Shown here: in pieces, positions 54,259 through 64,000 of the stretch | Layout of the letters: every line of letters starts with the position of its first letter | Numbering within the stretch: position 1 is the stretch's first letter | From: a virus | Length of the DNA stretch: 64,000 nucleotides | Virus record (IMG/VR): IMGVR_UViG_3300024346_000009 | Strand: one strand, 5' to 3' | Made by a program: the position numbers and the translations under genes | The notes under the pieces: model-generated | Told to the model about the DNA's origin: nothing | The model's input: the letters and a program-made list of their open reading frames with translations, nothing else | Databases searched by the model: none

Positions 54259-57200
54259 ATGGCCGGTACAATTATCCAGATAAAGCGGACAGCTAATATA
54301 ACTGCTCCGACGATTACGGACTTAGAGGAGGCGGAACTTGCGTATGCACAAGACGTATCAAATTCAGGTGCAAACGCTATACTGTACATTGAGTCCCTTG
54401 ATAGTGGCTCAAACCCTGTAATTCATAAGGTCGGTGGTAAATACTACACCGATATTGTAGACCGTGCTAACAATGTAAGTGTTGTAAATACCCTGGTAAA
54501 GAGAGATGCATCAGGTAATTTCTTTGCAGGTAATATTTCTGCAGCTCTCTTTGGGCAAGCTAACTCCGCTGTAATTGCAAATACAGCTAATGCCTTAACT
54601 ACTGCAAGAGATATCGGGCTTGCTGGCGATTTAACTGGTAATGTGTCTTTCGATGGATCCGGTAATGTAACGTTAACAGCAACGATTGCAGCCAACTCAG
54701 TAGCGCTAGGTGCTGATACTACTGGTAGTTATGTTGGTAATGTATTAGCTGGTACAGGACTAGTAATTATTGGAGACACCTTTACTGTAACTAACAGTGG
54801 GTCAAGCGCATACACGATTAACAGTTCAAGTAATCCTGCTCTTACCCTCTATCGTGGATTTACATATACATTTAATGTCTCGGCTTCAGGTCATCCGTTC
54901 TGGATTCAAAGTGTATCAGGAGCATACAGTTCAGGTAACTTATACAGCACAGGCGTAACGAACAACGGTACTCAAAATGGTACTATTACTTTTGTAGTAC
55001 CTGCTAATGCACCTGCTACATTATACTATGTCTGTCAGTACCACAGTGGTATGGCAGGTACAATTAACGTTCTTACATCCAGTGAGAATGCAAATATAAC
55101 CCTTGCTCTTGGAGCCTCAGGTGTTACAGCTGCTACATACGGTAGCTCAACTCAAGTCCCCGTAGTTACAGTTGATCAATACGGTAGAGTTACCTCTGTA
55201 TCAAATGTTAATATTGGAGCTGCAGCGAATGTCTCTTCATTCACAGCTACAGGTAATTCTTTTACAATCGGTACTTATGATGGTGGTTCTTTTACCGCCA
55301 ATTTACAGTTAGACTCTATTAGACTAGGAACTGATACAACAGGCGCATATGTAGGTAATCTGATAGCAGGTACAGGCATTACGATAACTGGTTTAGGTAA
55401 TGAAGGTACAACACCTACTATTAATAATAATGGCGTACTAACAGTTGGTGGTGTGTCAGGTACTGTATCTAATGCTCAATTAGTCACTAGTGTTTTAGCA
55501 AGCGGGATTAATACAAACAACGTTGCTGAAGGCGCAAACTTATACTATACGGATGCACGGGTTTATTCTGCTGTTACAGGCAACTTGGCACTAAAAGCAA
55601 ATACTGCTGATTTAACAACCGCCAATGTAGTTGAGTTAACTAACCAATACTTTACAAATGCTAGAGCTGTTACTGCGGTTACAGATAGTTTAGCAGTAAA
55701 AGCAAATATTGCTGATCTAACGACTGCCAATGTTGCTGAAGGTACAAATCTCTACTTTACCAATGCCCGTACATATTCTAATGTAATAACTACCCTTACA
55801 ACTTCAAATGTAGCAATTGGAACAGCCGGTGGTAATACTACTGTTACAGGTGAATTAACTGTAGCAGGTAACATAACAGTTAATAATCTTTCTGTACTTG
55901 GTACTCAGACGATAATTAATTCAAATACTATCAGCATCAACAATGCTTTTGTATTTGAAGGTACAACCGATAATAACTTTGAGACAACGCTTACTGTAGC
56001 AGATCCAACAGCGGATAGAACTATCACTTTACCAGATGCATCCGGTACCCTCGCACTTACCAGTAGCAGTTTAAGTGATTTTGGTTCAACAAATTCATTA
56101 CAACTATCTCAAGTCATTACAGATGAAACTGGTACAGGTAACCTTGTATTTTCAACATCTCCTGTACTTGTTACACCAAATCTAGGTGTACCGTCTGCTA
56201 TCACTCTAACGAATGCAACAGGTTTACCACTTGCAGGTATAAGCAACCTAGGTGCAAATCAAGCCACCTTACTTGCATCTAACGCAATAACAGGTATTAC
56301 AGCAGGTGTTTATGGTAATACCACAAGTATTCCTTCTATTACTGTTGACCAATACGGTCGGGTTACATCAATAACCAGTAATACTGTATCTGCGGCCTCC
56401 GTATCTGCTTTTACTCGTAGTGGTAATACGTTTACAATAACAGCAAGCGGGGTAGATTACTCCGCTAATATTGCTGGTTCAGATATCCCTGTTGGTACTG
56501 CCACCCTGGGTAACCTAATTAGTAATGCAGTAACACTTACGGTTGGTTCGACAATGGCCAACAGTATTGCACAATTAAATCAAGTACTAGGTAAACTGGT
56601 ACCTGCTTCACCTCCTGCATTCCCAAGTAGTGCAACTTTAACAATGAGTTCTTCTACTACTTCAAGTAGAATGGCTGGTGGGTTTACCCAGTTCTATAAT
56701 TCATCAGCTAATACCTCGGTTGCACCTGGTACAACAATTGCTGCTAGAAGAGCAGCCGCCTACGTAACATCTACTGTGGGTGATTCAGGTCCTGGTGATA
56801 GTGGTACATTAACATTGTATTTGAATGATGTATCTGCAGGTTCAAGAGCATTTACTTCCGGTAGTGATAATGGAACGTATGGTGCTAATTTAGTTATTGC
56901 CGACAACGTAGACTACGCAACCAAGACAGGAGCTGCAGCAGGGTTCTGGGAAAGTTTTGATGCTAATGGATCTGGTGTTGCTAAAACTGGTTGGAATAGT
57001 GTTTACATTACCCACTCCGGTGCAGGTACTACGAGTACCTTAACCTGGTACTACGATGATAGCAACCCCGCTGCTCCAACGTTTACTAATAAAACGTTTA
57101 CAGAAACCTCTAATGTTCAGATTTATTCCAGTACTGTTCCACATTACACAAGCGCAACTCAATTCACCTTAGCCGCAAATGTAAACAACTTAAGTGGAAA

Positions 57201-58098
57201 TACATATCCAACCTCTGACACGTTTATTACAAGTTCAGCAGGGGGTGCCTTCCAAGCACCCACAACACTCACATATTCTGCTGCAGGTGTTACTACACCT
57301 CTGACGCAGAACTTGTATGTTGGTTCAGGTGATGTTGCAATTTCTACAACTGCTCTTATTACGACAGGTTTTGGTTCATCGGCAGGTGGTCCATCTCTTG
57401 CAAGTACCAATGGGTATAATGCAAGTGGAAGTCAGTCATTCATAGTATCTGGTACACCAACGATATTGTATAAGACGGGTACAGCTGGTACAATGGAAGA
57501 GACAACTCTTACCTTTGGATCAGCGGTAGGTGTAGGATCAGGGTTAGCAGCACGCATTATTAATCCTGGTTCAACAGATAACCCATCGTTCTCAGCAAGT
57601 GCAGCTGTATTTAACAGCCAGTCAAGTACACTACAAGTATACGATGCCACTATTGTTGCGGGCACCTTAAAGCACGATGTTACAAATTACGCAACCGGGT
57701 ATATTCCAGTTGGTCCTAACCTCAGTTCAGGTAGATCAGGGGATCAATACTTTACGTTTAAATTTGTAAGAACATCACTATCCAAATTTGATATTCAATT
57801 TACTGGTACAATTGCTGGGTTATGGGTTGCAGTACCAGGTAGTTCGATAGACTCAGCTGCATCAGCCACAAATGGATGGGTGAGTATGGCAACAGCATTC
57901 GTAGCAGGTGTTCCATCTGTTGGCTGTGCAACTGGTGGTACTGTAACGTTAAATTCTGCAGTTACAAATCATAGAAAGACTTGTACATTCGGAACTGTTT
58001 CAAGTTCTGATACTGCAACTAATGAAGTTTATATAAGAATAAAACTTACGAGCGGTCAGTCAGTATCGGCTCTAACCCTACAAACATCGAGTAATTAA
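54259..58098 (+). CDS. Long tail fibre protein with an inserted cupredoxin-like domain
   Basis: IIQIKR N-terminus; VDQYGRVT, NLYFTNAR and DETGTG fibre repeats; GHPF...CQYHSGM. Confidence 0.8.
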   Translation: MAGTIIQIKRTANITAPTITDLEEAELAYAQDVSNSGANAILYIESLDSGSNPVIHKVGGKYYTDIVDRANNVSVVNTLVKRDASGNFFAGNISAALFGQANSAVIANTANALTTARDIGLAGDLTGNVSFDGSGNVTLTATIAANSVALGADTTGSYVGNVLAGTGLVIIGDTFTVTNSGSSAYTINSSSNPALTLYRGFTYTFNVSASGHPFWIQSVSGAYSSGNLYSTGVTNNGTQNGTITFVVPANAPATLYYVCQYHSGMAGTINVLTSSENANITLALGASGVTAATYGSSTQVPVVTVDQYGRVTSVSNVNIGAAANVSSFTATGNSFTIGTYDGGSFTANLQLDSIRLGTDTTGAYVGNLIAGTGITITGLGNEGTTPTINNNGVLTVGGVSGTVSNAQLVTSVLASGINTNNVAEGANLYYTDARVYSAVTGNLALKANTADLTTANVVELTNQYFTNARAVTAVTDSLAVKANIADLTTANVAEGTNLYFTNARTYSNVITTLTTSNVAIGTAGGNTTVTGELTVAGNITVNNLSVLGTQTIINSNTISINNAFVFEGTTDNNFETTLTVADPTADRTITLPDASGTLALTSSSLSDFGSTNSLQLSQVITDETGTGNLVFSTSPVLVTPNLGVPSAITLTNATGLPLAGISNLGANQATLLASNAITGITAGVYGNTTSIPSITVDQYGRVTSITSNTVSAASVSAFTRSGNTFTITASGVDYSANIAGSDIPVGTATLGNLISNAVTLTVGSTMANSIAQLNQVLGKLVPASPPAFPSSATLTMSSSTTSSRMAGGFTQFYNSSANTSVAPGTTIAARRAAAYVTSTVGDSGPGDSGTLTLYLNDVSAGSRAFTSGSDNGTYGANLVIADNVDYATKTGAAAGFWESFDANGSGVAKTGWNSVYITHSGAGTTSTLTWYYDDSNPAAPTFTNKTFTETSNVQIYSSTVPHYTSATQFTLAANVNNLSGNTYPTSDTFITSSAGGAFQAPTTLTYSAAGVTTPLTQNLYVGSGDVAISTTALITTGFGSSAGGPSLASTNGYNASGSQSFIVSGTPTILYKTGTAGTMEETTLTFGSAVGVGSGLAARIINPGSTDNPSFSASAAVFNSQSSTLQVYDATIVAGTLKHDVTNYATGYIPVGPNLSSGRSGDQYFTFKFVRTSLSKFDIQFTGTIAGLWVAVPGSSIDSAASATNGWVSMATAFVAGVPSVGCATGGTVTLNSAVTNHRKTCTFGTVSSSDTATNEVYIRIKLTSGQSVSALTLQTSSN

Positions 58099-59661
58099 AT
58101 GGCAGTTTCAGATACACAAAAAGTTGACTTACTTTATAAAAAGTTATTTGGTGTAGCTAAGACCGAGCTTGCTACTAATAAGAGTGCCAGCGGGGAACCT
58201 AATGCTAGCCCCCTGATCCTTAGGGGGGACACAGTTTGGGCTCAGTCAGACAATATCCCAGGTACTGCAGCAGCAGTAACGGATATTGTACAAGCATATC
58301 TAACTACATCAAGAATTGAATGTACGGCAGACACATCTTCAACTCCTATTGGTGGTGTATACCCAACCTGGAAGACCAATTTAACTGATTGGATTCCTCC
58401 TGAATTTGGCTCTACCTATTTTATATCGGTATACGCTGATACCACTGGTACAGCTAACCCCACAACTACTACACCCCTATCCGATTCGGGTATAGGAGGA
58501 GTTGGTGAGTGGTATTTTGATTATTCAGCAGGTATCTTAAACTTTATTGGTGGTACAATACCGGCTACCCTAACGGGTGCAAAAAAGTTGTTTATAACTG
58601 GGTATCGATATATTGGCTTAAAGGGATTATCAACTACACTTTTTGGACACTCATCAACAGCCAACGTAGCTCTACTTGCCAACGTTGCTAACGTTGCACT
58701 TATTGCTAACGTTGCAACTATTGCCAACGTTGCCGTATTAGCTAACGTAGCCCTTATTGCTAACGTTGCAACTATTGCAAACGTAGCCGTACTAGCCAAT
58801 GTGGCCACTATTGCCAATGTAGCGGTAACCGCAAATGCACTAACCGTAGCTAGAACCATCACGTTAGGTGGGGATGTATCTGGTAGTGTAGAGTTTGATG
58901 GGTCAAGTAATGTAACATTAACGGCAACGATAGCGGCAGACTCTGTTGCACTTGGCACTGATACTACTGGGGACTATGTTAGTACTATTACCTCAGGGAC
59001 AGGAATTGGAGTTGCATCAGGTACGGGTGAGGGTTCAGCTCCCACCATTACCAACACAGGTGTAGTTTCTCTAACGGGTTCAGCAAATCAAGTATCTGTA
59101 AATACCAGTAATGGAAGTGTTACAGTAGGTCTACCAAACGATGTAATTGTAAACAATAATCTTACTGTTGAAGGTAATCTTTTTGTTAGAGGCACAGCGG
59201 TTACCTTAAGCACAGCAGCTGTAACCATTAATGATTCGCTGGTAAGATTTGGTAATGCTAATCCTGCCAACTCACTTGATATAGGTTTTTATGGTGAGTT
59301 TGTTTCAGGCGCAACTACAAAATATACAGGTCTGTACAGAGATCATGACGATGGTAAATACAGACTCTTTAGAGATTCTACTGTCAACCCTACAGGCAAC
59401 ACAGTCAGTACAGCTGATTCAGGATATACAATTGCATCACTTGTAGCTAATTTAACAGGTGGTACTGTATCGGGTCTAACAGCTAACATTAATGTCGGTG
59501 ATGGTGGTACGGGCCGTGGGACATTTACCTCAAATGGTATTCTTTATGGTAATGCAACCGGTGCATTAAATGTAACAGCTGCAGGAACGTTCGGACAAGT
59601 TCTCTCCGTTGATACAAACGGCCTGCCGGTTTTTGGGCGTCTGGATTGCGGTACGTTCTAA
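58099..59661 (+). CDS. Tail fibre protein with ANVA hexapeptide repeats
   Basis: WYFDY.AG.LNF domain; (ANVAxx)n; ARTITLGGDVSGS; DGGTG. Confidence 0.75.
   Translation: MAVSDTQKVDLLYKKLFGVAKTELATNKSASGEPNASPLILRGDTVWAQSDNIPGTAAAVTDIVQAYLTTSRIECTADTSSTPIGGVYPTWKTNLTDWIPPEFGSTYFISVYADTTGTANPTTTTPLSDSGIGGVGEWYFDYSAGILNFIGGTIPATLTGAKKLFITGYRYIGLKGLSTTLFGHSSTANVALLANVANVALIANVATIANVAVLANVALIANVATIANVAVLANVATIANVAVTANALTVARTITLGGDVSGSVEFDGSSNVTLTATIAADSVALGTDTTGDYVSTITSGTGIGVASGTGEGSAPTITNTGVVSLTGSANQVSVNTSNGSVTVGLPNDVIVNNNLTVEGNLFVRGTAVTLSTAAVTINDSLVRFGNANPANSLDIGFYGEFVSGATTKYTGLYRDHDDGKYRLFRDSTVNPTGNTVSTADSGYTIASLVANLTGGTVSGLTANINVGDGGTGRGTFTSNGILYGNATGALNVTAAGTFGQVLSVDTNGLPVFGRLDCGTF
58660..58845 (+). 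repeat. Approx. 18-bp coding repeat (ANVALL/ANVATI)
   Basis: About ten ANVAxx units with varied synonymous codons. Confidence 0.85.
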
Positions 59662-59668
59662 AAACGTG

Positions 59669-59676
59669 TATAAATA
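59669..59676 (+). promoter_or_regulatory. T4-type late promoter
   Basis: Intergenic TATAAATA. Confidence 0.7.
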
Positions 59677-59706
59677 TGTGATAGTACTATTCTTTATGAG
59701 GTAATT

Positions 59707-60051
59707 ATGGACGAAGAGCAGAAGCAATTTTTTAATGTCATTATTGAAAAAACTAATCAGAGATTAAACTCCCTACAGGCACAGGTCATTGTACTTGAGT
59801 CTCAATTGCAAATGGCTGTTGATGAGAGGGATGCGTATAAGAAGTATGTAGAGGGTGTACCTCAACAAAAAGCAGTATCTTTAGAAGCCCAGAATACAAT
59901 ATTAGATCTAGAGAAAAAATATAATGCAGTATTACAAGATAACGCAATACTACAGCAAAGGGCACGGTCAGCAGGTACTCAAGAACAAAATGAAACCTTA
60001 GCACATGAGGTTAGGAGACTTCAGGGTATAGTTGACAAGATGTCAAAATAA
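59707..60051 (+). CDS. Coiled-coil protein (possible fibre chaperone)
   Basis: GAGGT SD; heptad-rich, 114 aa. Confidence 0.65.
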   Translation: MDEEQKQFFNVIIEKTNQRLNSLQAQVIVLESQLQMAVDERDAYKKYVEGVPQQKAVSLEAQNTILDLEKKYNAVLQDNAILQQRARSAGTQEQNETLAHEVRRLQGIVDKMSK

Positions 60052-60058
60052 ATAAAAG

Positions 60059-60424
60059 ATGTCAACTGAAATACAATTAAAACGGTCCTCCACGCCTGGT
60101 CAAATCCCGGCTACGGCTAATGTTTTGGTTGGAGAACCACTGGTTAATCTTGCAGATAAGATATTATATACTAAGGATAGTAGCAATAATATTATTGTTG
60201 TTGGCTCTGGTACAACCAGTAATATTTCAGAAGGCACAAACTTATATTTTACACAAGGACGCGCCCGAGCAGCTTTTCAAGCGGGTACAAACATCACAAT
60301 TGCTGATGGTGTTATATCTTCTACCGCAACTGGAAATAATAATAATTTTGAATTTGATTACGGCTTTATTTACGATGCTACACTTTCATATGTTATTTCC
60401 CCAATCGATTACGGGTCAGTTTAA
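60059..60424 (+). CDS. Short fibre protein
   Basis: IQLKRSSTPG.IP...GE..VNLAD..LYTK; NLYFT repeat; DYG C-terminus. Confidence 0.7.
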   Translation: MSTEIQLKRSSTPGQIPATANVLVGEPLVNLADKILYTKDSSNNIIVVGSGTTSNISEGTNLYFTQGRARAAFQAGTNITIADGVISSTATGNNNNFEFDYGFIYDATLSYVISPIDYGSV

Positions 60425-61002
60425 TGGCAATCCAAACCCAGTTTAGAAGAGGTAATACATACTCACATAGTTTATTTACCGGTGCATCCGGTGAAATAAC
60501 TGTAGACTTGGATAAAAAGGTTGCTGTCATTCATGACGGTGCACAGGTCGGTGGCTTTCCGCTGGCCTTAGCCTCCTACACAGGCTCAGCATTTGCTCAA
60601 GCTAATACAGCATTAACAATCGCTGGGTTAGCATTTACAGCTGCAAACGTTGCGGGTGCCTATACTGTGACAGGCGTACAGGGTAATGTCACAAATGCTC
60701 AAATATCAGCAGGGGTAACATCATCAGGGTTACTTACAACTGCTAATGTAGCTGAGATAACGAATCTCTACTTTACAAATACAAGATCCAGATCTGCTAT
60801 TTCTATGGCAATCGGTAATGTATATGGTAAGGGGGAGTATGATAATACTACAGGGGTAATTTCAATACTAGCCGCAAATGTAACTGTAGCAAATATAGCA
60901 CCTTTAAATCCATATATCGGAGATAAGTGGATTGAAGCAGGAAATGCTGTTGCATATCTTTACTTTAATGACGGTAGTAGTTTTCAGTGGGTCGAGATCT
61001 AG
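60424..61002 (+). CDS. Fibre protein with Mtd_N-like N-terminal domain
   Basis: QFRRG.T...FTGA.GEITVDLDK...IHDG...GG.PLA; C-terminal GDKW...YFNDG..QWVE. Confidence 0.72.
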   Translation: MAIQTQFRRGNTYSHSLFTGASGEITVDLDKKVAVIHDGAQVGGFPLALASYTGSAFAQANTALTIAGLAFTAANVAGAYTVTGVQGNVTNAQISAGVTSSGLLTTANVAEITNLYFTNTRSRSAISMAIGNVYGKGEYDNTTGVISILAANVTVANIAPLNPYIGDKWIEAGNAVAYLYFNDGSSFQWVEI

Positions 61003-61017
61003 CTAGACACATTATCT

Positions 61018-61025
61018 TATAAATA
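61018..61025 (+). promoter_or_regulatory. T4-type late promoter
   Basis: Intergenic TATAAATA. Confidence 0.75.
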
Positions 61026-61065
61026 ATAGCAAGCAGCACCTAAAATAATTAATTAAGGAATAATA

Positions 61066-63132
61066 ATGCCATCGATCAATTTTCCATCCAGTCCCGCACT
61101 AAACGATGTATATGCGTTTGGCGGTAAGACTTGGGTATATAATGGAGCTGCTTGGGCTCTACAGGTAGTACCTCTTACAACTGCCAATGTAACTGAACTA
61201 ACTAACCTATACTTTACCGACGCAAGAGCAAGAACAGCTATTTCGGTAACGGGTTCTGGTTCTTATGATAATACAACTGGTGTCATTACTGTTACAGGTG
61301 GTGTTACCTCTGTCGGTGGTGCTTCTGGTACCATATCCAATGTACAGCTTGCATCCGCTGTATCCTCTACCGGTATTTTAACAACTTCAAACGTTGTTGA
61401 AGGTACCAATCTCTATCATACCACTACTCGGGCACGTGGTGCTCTTTTAGGTATTAATGGTATTACATACGGTACATCTACTGGTAATATCGAGCTGTCT
61501 GCATCAGGTGTCTCTGCTACTACATACGGTGGTACTACTCAGATTCCAGTTCTGACTGTTGATACTTTTGGTAGAATTACTTCTGCATCTAACATCACAT
61601 TAACAAGCGGTGTTTCCTCAGTCAACGGTAGAACTGCTGCGGTTGTAGGGCTTGCAGAGACCGCAAACGCTCTGTCCCAGTTTGCTGCTACAACATCTGC
61701 AGAGCTAGCTGGTGTTATTTCTGATGAAACCGGTTCCGGTGCATTAGTATTTGGTACAAGCCCTGCAATTACTACCGCCTTAACTACTCCTAGCACAACT
61801 TTTGCTCTTGTCAATACTACAGCTACAACGGTTGATTTTGCTGGTGCAGGTACAACAGTTAATATTGGTGCGGTAACAGGTAATACCAATATTAGAAATA
61901 GCTTGGTTGTTGCTGGTAACCTTGTTGTTCAAGGTACAACCACTACAGTTTCATCAACAACATTGGATGTCTCTGATAAGAACCTTACATTGGCAAAGGG
62001 TGCTGCTGATAGTGCAACCGCTGATGGTGCAGGTCTTACGATCGATGGAGCTGGTGCAACACTAAACTACGTACACGCTACAACCGCATTTACATCCAGC
62101 CAAGACCTTGATCTTGCTTCTGGTAAAGCACTAAAAATTAATAATACCAGTGTACTTAATGGTACAACTCTTGGGTCAGGTGTTGTTAATTCCAGTCTAA
62201 CATCTGTGGGCACAATTGGTACAGGTACATGGCAAGGTACATCAATTGGAACTGCATATACAGATGCTAAAGTTACAGCGGTCGGTGGCGCAGTCGGTGC
62301 TGTTTCTAATGTAGAACTAGCGGCCGGTATTACATCTTCAGGGGTATTAACAACTGCCAACGTCGCAGAGGTTACAAACCTGTATTATACACAAGCAAGA
62401 TTTGATACCGCCCTAGGTAACAAGACAACAGCAAACGTTGCCGAAGGTTCAAATCTTTACTTTACAAATGCAAGATCACAAGCCGCACTTACCGTTACTG
62501 CAGGTAAAGCCTCATACGTAGGTGGTACACTAACGGTTACAGCTGCAAATGTTAATGTATCCACCACTGCTCCATCCTCGCCAAACATTGGTGATGTATG
62601 GATTGATGATGATGCTAAATCATTCCTATATTTCAACGACGGTTCAAGTAATCAATGGGTTGAGCAAGCAACTGGTACATTTGTGGGATCAGGTGGCGGT
62701 GGTGTTACAGTATCTGATGATGTGGCTACTAATTCTACCTATTATCCTACATTAGCAACCATTACCTCTGGTACGCTATCAGCAGCCAAAGTATCAACAA
62801 CCAAGCTAACGTTTAATCCATCGTCCGGGTTGTTAACCTCTACTGATTATAACTCATCATCAGATAAGAGATTAAAAAAGGGTATAAAGACTGTTGATTC
62901 TGCCTTAACAAAGGTTGAAGCACTGCGCGGTGTATCCTTTACATGGAAAGACAGTAACACAAAAGCAATTGGTATGATTGCCCAGGAAGTACAAGATGTA
63001 TTGCCTGATGTGGTAACTACAGATGATGATGGTTACCTGGGTATTAAGTATACCAACGTGATTGGTGTTTTGGTTGAAGCTATTAAAGAGTTGAAAGCAG
63101 ATTTCGAAGCCTATAAAAAAACACATCCTTAA
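61066..63132 (+). CDS. Tail fibre protein with C-terminal intramolecular chaperone (peptidase S74)
   Basis: INFPSSP...W.YNG.AW N-terminus; C-terminal SSDKRLKK, LRGVSFTW, GMIAQEV, LVEAIKEL. Confidence 0.88.
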   Translation: MPSINFPSSPALNDVYAFGGKTWVYNGAAWALQVVPLTTANVTELTNLYFTDARARTAISVTGSGSYDNTTGVITVTGGVTSVGGASGTISNVQLASAVSSTGILTTSNVVEGTNLYHTTTRARGALLGINGITYGTSTGNIELSASGVSATTYGGTTQIPVLTVDTFGRITSASNITLTSGVSSVNGRTAAVVGLAETANALSQFAATTSAELAGVISDETGSGALVFGTSPAITTALTTPSTTFALVNTTATTVDFAGAGTTVNIGAVTGNTNIRNSLVVAGNLVVQGTTTTVSSTTLDVSDKNLTLAKGAADSATADGAGLTIDGAGATLNYVHATTAFTSSQDLDLASGKALKINNTSVLNGTTLGSGVVNSSLTSVGTIGTGTWQGTSIGTAYTDAKVTAVGGAVGAVSNVELAAGITSSGVLTTANVAEVTNLYYTQARFDTALGNKTTANVAEGSNLYFTNARSQAALTVTAGKASYVGGTLTVTAANVNVSTTAPSSPNIGDVWIDDDAKSFLYFNDGSSNQWVEQATGTFVGSGGGGVTVSDDVATNSTYYPTLATITSGTLSAAKVSTTKLTFNPSSGLLTSTDYNSSSDKRLKKGIKTVDSALTKVEALRGVSFTWKDSNTKAIGMIAQEVQDVLPDVVTTDDDGYLGIKYTNVIGVLVEAIKELKADFEAYKKTHP

Positions 63133-63137
63133 TACGT

Positions 63138-63182
63138 TATAAATATATCAGGGAGTGAGTAAGAACCTCCCTGATTTTTTTT
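63138..63182 (+). promoter_or_regulatory. Late promoter overlapped by a terminator hairpin
   Basis: TATAAATA at 63138-45; ATCAGGGAG/CTCCCTGAT 9-bp stem (63147-63175) plus a T-tract. Confidence 0.75.
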
Positions 63183-63190
63183 GAAAGAAT

Positions 63191-64000
63191 ATGGCTTTAA
63201 ATTTTCCTTCCACCCCAAGTGCAAACGCCGTATATACGTACAATGGTAGATCCTGGACGTATAACGGCAATGCCTGGGCGCTGACGACAGCTGTCCTTGA
63301 TACATCGGTAATTCCTGAGAGTGGAAACTTATATTTTACAAACGCTAGAGTTGTATCAGCTCTAACCGCCGGCCAAAACATCACCCTAGATGGTAATGGT
63401 AGAATTAATGCCTCTGTATCTGGTGGAGGGGGTGGGGGCAATGTTGACTCTGTTGCAGGTGCAACAGGTGCTGTATCTAACGTTCAAATTGCAGCTGCCG
63501 TATCTTCTTCAGGTATCTTAACAACTGCTAATATTGTTGAATTAACTAATTTATATTATACCCAAGCAAGATTTGATACTGCCTTAGGTAACAAGACAAC
63601 GAGTAATGTTACCGAAGGAGCAAATTTATATTTTACAGATGCAAGAGTTTATTCTAATGTAACGTCACTTGGTTATATCACCTCAAGTGCATTATCTGGA
63701 TACGCAACCAATACCCAGCTTGCCTCCTTTGCAACTACAACCAATGTATTATTAAAGTCTAATATTACGGATTTAACAACAGCAAATGTTGTTGAACTGA
63801 CCAATTTATACTTTACTAATGCACGTGTTTATTCCGCCGTTACCGGCAACTTAGCATTAAAGTCAAATGTAGCAGACCTGACGACCGCTAACGTATCTGA
63901 ATTAACTAATCTGTATTACACTAATGCAAGAGTTTATTCTGCTGTTACTGGCAACCTGGCTCTTAAATCCAATGTTGTGGATCTAACGACATCTAATGTA
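63191..64000 (+). CDS. Tail fibre protein, 3'-truncated by the window (paralogue of 61066)
   Basis: Read by hand: MALNFPSTPSANAVYTYNGRSWTYNGNAW..., with repeated LTTANVVELTNLYFTNARVYSAVTGNLALK; open to the window end. Confidence 0.85.
   Translation, partial: MALNFPSTPSANAVYTYNGRSWTYNGNAWALTTAVLDTSVIPESGNLYFTNARVVSALTAGQNITLDGNGRINASVSGGGGGGNVDSVAGATGAVSNVQIAAAVSSSGILTTANIVELTNLYYTQARFDTALGNKTTSNVTEGANLYFTDARVYSNVTSLGYITSSALSGYATNTQLASFATTTNVLLKSNITDLTTANVVELTNLYFTNARVYSAVTGNLALKSNVADLTTANVSELTNLYYTNARVYSAVTGNLALKSNVVDLTTSNV

Noticed and set aside
1-64000. Stop-codon reassignment
   Set aside because: Standard-code ORFs tile the window densely, and TAA, TAG and TGA all end recognisable genes.

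Overview
A 64-kb segment of a large T4-like myovirus genome, AT-rich and very gene-dense. The style resembles aquatic T4-like phages, and a proteobacterial (possibly betaproteobacterial) host is inferred from the tmRNA tag. All product calls come from motif recognition and synteny; no database search was run. 1-19.4 kb (+): primase tail, spanins, nrdA/nrdB, dCMP deaminase, RNase H, dsbA, phoH, a GT60-like glycosyltransferase, two GH19 genes, an exonuclease, a circularly permuted (two-piece) tmRNA gene, a SleB-like hydrolase, gp33, gp59 and gp32. 19.5-25 kb (-): tape-measure-like gene, holin, gp51/gp26, gp54-like, gp2 and gp4. 25-45 kb (+): baseplate genes (gp48, 53, hub, a split gp5, PAAR, 25, 6, 7, 8 and a 2092-aa structural protein). 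45-64 kb (+): a large modular tail-fibre/adhesin region. Highlights: (1) three independent candidate -1 ribosomal frameshift cassettes, each a slippery heptamer just before a stop codon, followed by a long-range stem and an open -1 frame that fills an otherwise empty gap (9534, 19323, 22606; the last fuses gp26 to gp51 like lambda G/GT); (2) a complete two-piece tmRNA with tag ANDSKFALAA; (3) a mirror-symmetric Asn-Pro repeat fibre protein next to a 2OG-Fe(II) hydroxylase, with a hydroxyproline-GlcNAc-transferase-like gene elsewhere, suggesting virion protein modification; (4) a blue-copper-like (cupredoxin) domain inserted in a tail fibre; (5) a pseudoknot-like RNA element after gp32.
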